Origin: Octopus sinensis
Lineage: Eukaryota
Direction: 5' to 3'
NCBI RefSeq assembly: GCF_006345805.1
Contig: NC_043009.1
Span: 12,028,001-12,092,000, forward strand
DNA: 64,000 bases
Below, piece by piece: positions 62,003-64,000 of this stretch; position 1 is the first letter of the stretch, and each line of letters begins with the position of its first letter. The notes beneath the pieces are model-generated. The model did no database searches. It was not told where the DNA came from and saw nothing but the letters and a program-made list of their open reading frames with translations. Position numbers and translations under genes: made by a program.

Positions 62003-62040
62003 TATCTGTCTATCTGTCTATCTGTCTGTCCGTCTGTCTA
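61190..62040. repeat. (CTA)n/(CCA)n and (TCTA)n/(TCTG)n microsatellite blocks
   Basis: Direct reading. Confidence 0.95.
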
Positions 62041-62099
62041 ACGTACCAAAAGTTTGTAAAATGTCATTTTATCTTTCACTTGTTGCAGTCAACAGACTA

Positions 62100-62760
62100 A
62101 GGTCATGCTGGGGCACAGCCTTGAAGGGTTGACTTGACCAAATCGCGTCCAGTCTTTATTTTTCTAAGTCTGGTAGTTACTCTATTAGTAGCTTCCGCTA
62201 GTTTCCATCTACCATATTTACTTAAAAAGGCATTGGTCGACCAGGGGGCTAAGGCACGTGCCAAAGGTGCCGTGCAGTGAGACTGAACCTGAAACCACGT
62301 AGTTGCAAAGCAAGCTTCTTTACCACACAGCCAAGCCTGCGCCTGTACTTTTGCATAATTGGTAGATAGGCATTTGATATTCCTAAGGGGACCAGCCGAG
62401 TCGCAATTAGTTGACAGGAAACCTACGGCAATCACGCTGCATACGGACATTTATGACTTTATGCATGGCAGAGAAACTTTGCATTGCTAAAATTTGCAAT
62501 TAGATTCTTTTTTCCGAACTGCTAAGTTACGGGGACGTAAACAAACCAGTACCGGTTGTCAAGTGATGGTGGTGGTGGTGGTGGAAAAACTCAGTCACGT
62601 ACACACACACGTGGGGCTTCTAACAAATCCACTCATAATGCTTTTGTTGGCCCGGATCTATAGCAGAAGACATTTTCCCAAGGTGTTGCCAATAGGATTG
62701 AAACTGTAACCATGGGGTTGGGAAGCAAACTTCTTACCACAAAGTCACATCTGTACCTGT
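62100..62760 (-). mobile_element. Two degraded SINE family B copies
   Basis: Family-diagnostic motifs. Confidence 0.75.
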
Positions 62761-63023
62761 ATCTTTATAGCTTACTTGTTAACTATTTAACCAATTAACT
62801 AATCGATTGCTTGATTAATCAATCGTCTGATAAATTAATCAGTCCGCTACTTTCGTCAGAGCATTTCCGTCGCCATTCGTGACCTCATCAAATGACATGC
62901 CCTCTTCATCCCAGGTCATTGTTTAGGTCAAGACTGGAGACGAAAGTACTCTGACGAATTAGTTAATAGGATAAAGGATTAACTAGTTGACTGTCAATAA
63001 AATCTTTGAAAAGAAGTGAAATA

Positions 63024-63455
63024 GGCGCAGGAGTGGCTGTGTGGTAAGTAGCTTTCTTACCAACCACATGGTTCCGGGGTCAGTCCCACTGCGTGGCATC
63101 TTGGGCAAGTGTCTTCTGCTATAGCCCCGGGCCGACCAATGCCTTGTGAGTGGATTTGGCAGACGGAAACTGAAAGAAGCCTGTCGTATATATGTATATA
63201 TATATATATGTATGTGTGTGTGTTTGTGTGTCTGTCTTTGTCTCCCTAGCATTGCTTGACAACCGATGCTGGTGTGTTTACGTCCCCGTCACTTAGCGGT
63301 TCTGCAAAAGAGACCGATAGAATAAGTACTGGGCTTACAAAAGAATAAGTCCCGGGTTCGATTTGCTCGACTAAAGGCGGTGCTCCAGCATGGCCGCAGT
63401 CAAATGACTGAAACAAGTAAAGAGTAAAGAGTAAAAGAGTAAAAGAGTAAAGAGT
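63024..63455 (+). mobile_element. SINE family B, full copy with extended (GTAAAAGA)n tail
   Basis: Head to tail. Confidence 0.92.
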
Positions 63456-63544
63456 ACAGGATTAGTGTGTAGGTTTATTGTTAGCATATTGACACACTCC
63501 AAATACCACAAAATCGCAAGCTATTATTAATTTTTTTATTATTG

Positions 63545-64000
63545 AAGGCGGTGAGCTGGAACAATCGTTAGCGCGCTTAACAGTATTTCGCCCGTCGCTA
63601 CGTTCTGAATTCAAATCCCGCCGAGGTCGACTTTGCCTTTTATCCTTTCAGGGTCGTTCCCCCCCAAATCGCAGCCATTATTATTATTTCGTTATTGCAT
63701 GAAAGTAAGAATTTACTCTTTTACACTTTTATTTGTTTCAGTCATTTTGACTGCGGCCATGCTGGAGCTCCGCCTTTAGTCGAGCAAATCGACCCTAGGA
63801 CTTAGTCTTTGTAAGCCTAGTACTTATTCTGTCGGTCTCTTTTGCCAAACCACTAAGTTACGGGGACGTAAACACACCAGCATCGGTTGTCAAGCGATCT
63901 TGGGGCGACAAACACGGACACACAAACACACACATACATTTATAGATATATACGACGGGCTTATTTCAATTTCCGCCTACCAAATCCACTCAAGGCTTTG
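63545..64000. mobile_element. SINE A fragment (plus) and SINE B (minus, cut by window end)
   Basis: Family-diagnostic motifs. Confidence 0.85.

Overview
Eukaryotic, AT-rich, repeat-saturated genomic DNA. The SINE families and microsatellite load point to a coleoid cephalopod, most likely Octopus (inference from recalled repeat families; no search was run). No complete protein-coding gene is visible. Almost every ORF in the supplied track is a microsatellite read-through or decayed transposon sequence. Host-gene signal is limited to a signal-peptide-like first exon on the minus strand (2391-2453) in a CpG-rich block and a GC-rich candidate exon near 35.7-35.9 kb. Mobile elements: a full-length DD41D Tc1/mariner element with TIRs, several mariner remnants, a pogo/Tigger remnant, five R4/Dong-like non-LTR fragments, a Penelope-like GIY-YIG fragment, non-autonomous Helitrons, a TTAGGG-bearing MITE (3 copies), three tRNA-SINE families and a ~540 bp (AAT)n-associated element. 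Best leads: (1) about ten minimal type I hammerhead-ribozyme motifs, most with a self-complementary stem III; two sit in small cassettes bounded by perfect 32/41 bp inverted repeats next to (TA)n. (2) An unexplained 2.6 kb AT-rich, purine-skewed array of diverged 0.64-0.93 kb units with hints of codon structure. (3) Repeated in-sense fusions between R4/Dong sequence and the (AAT)n element. All coordinates and folds were read by eye and need computational confirmation.
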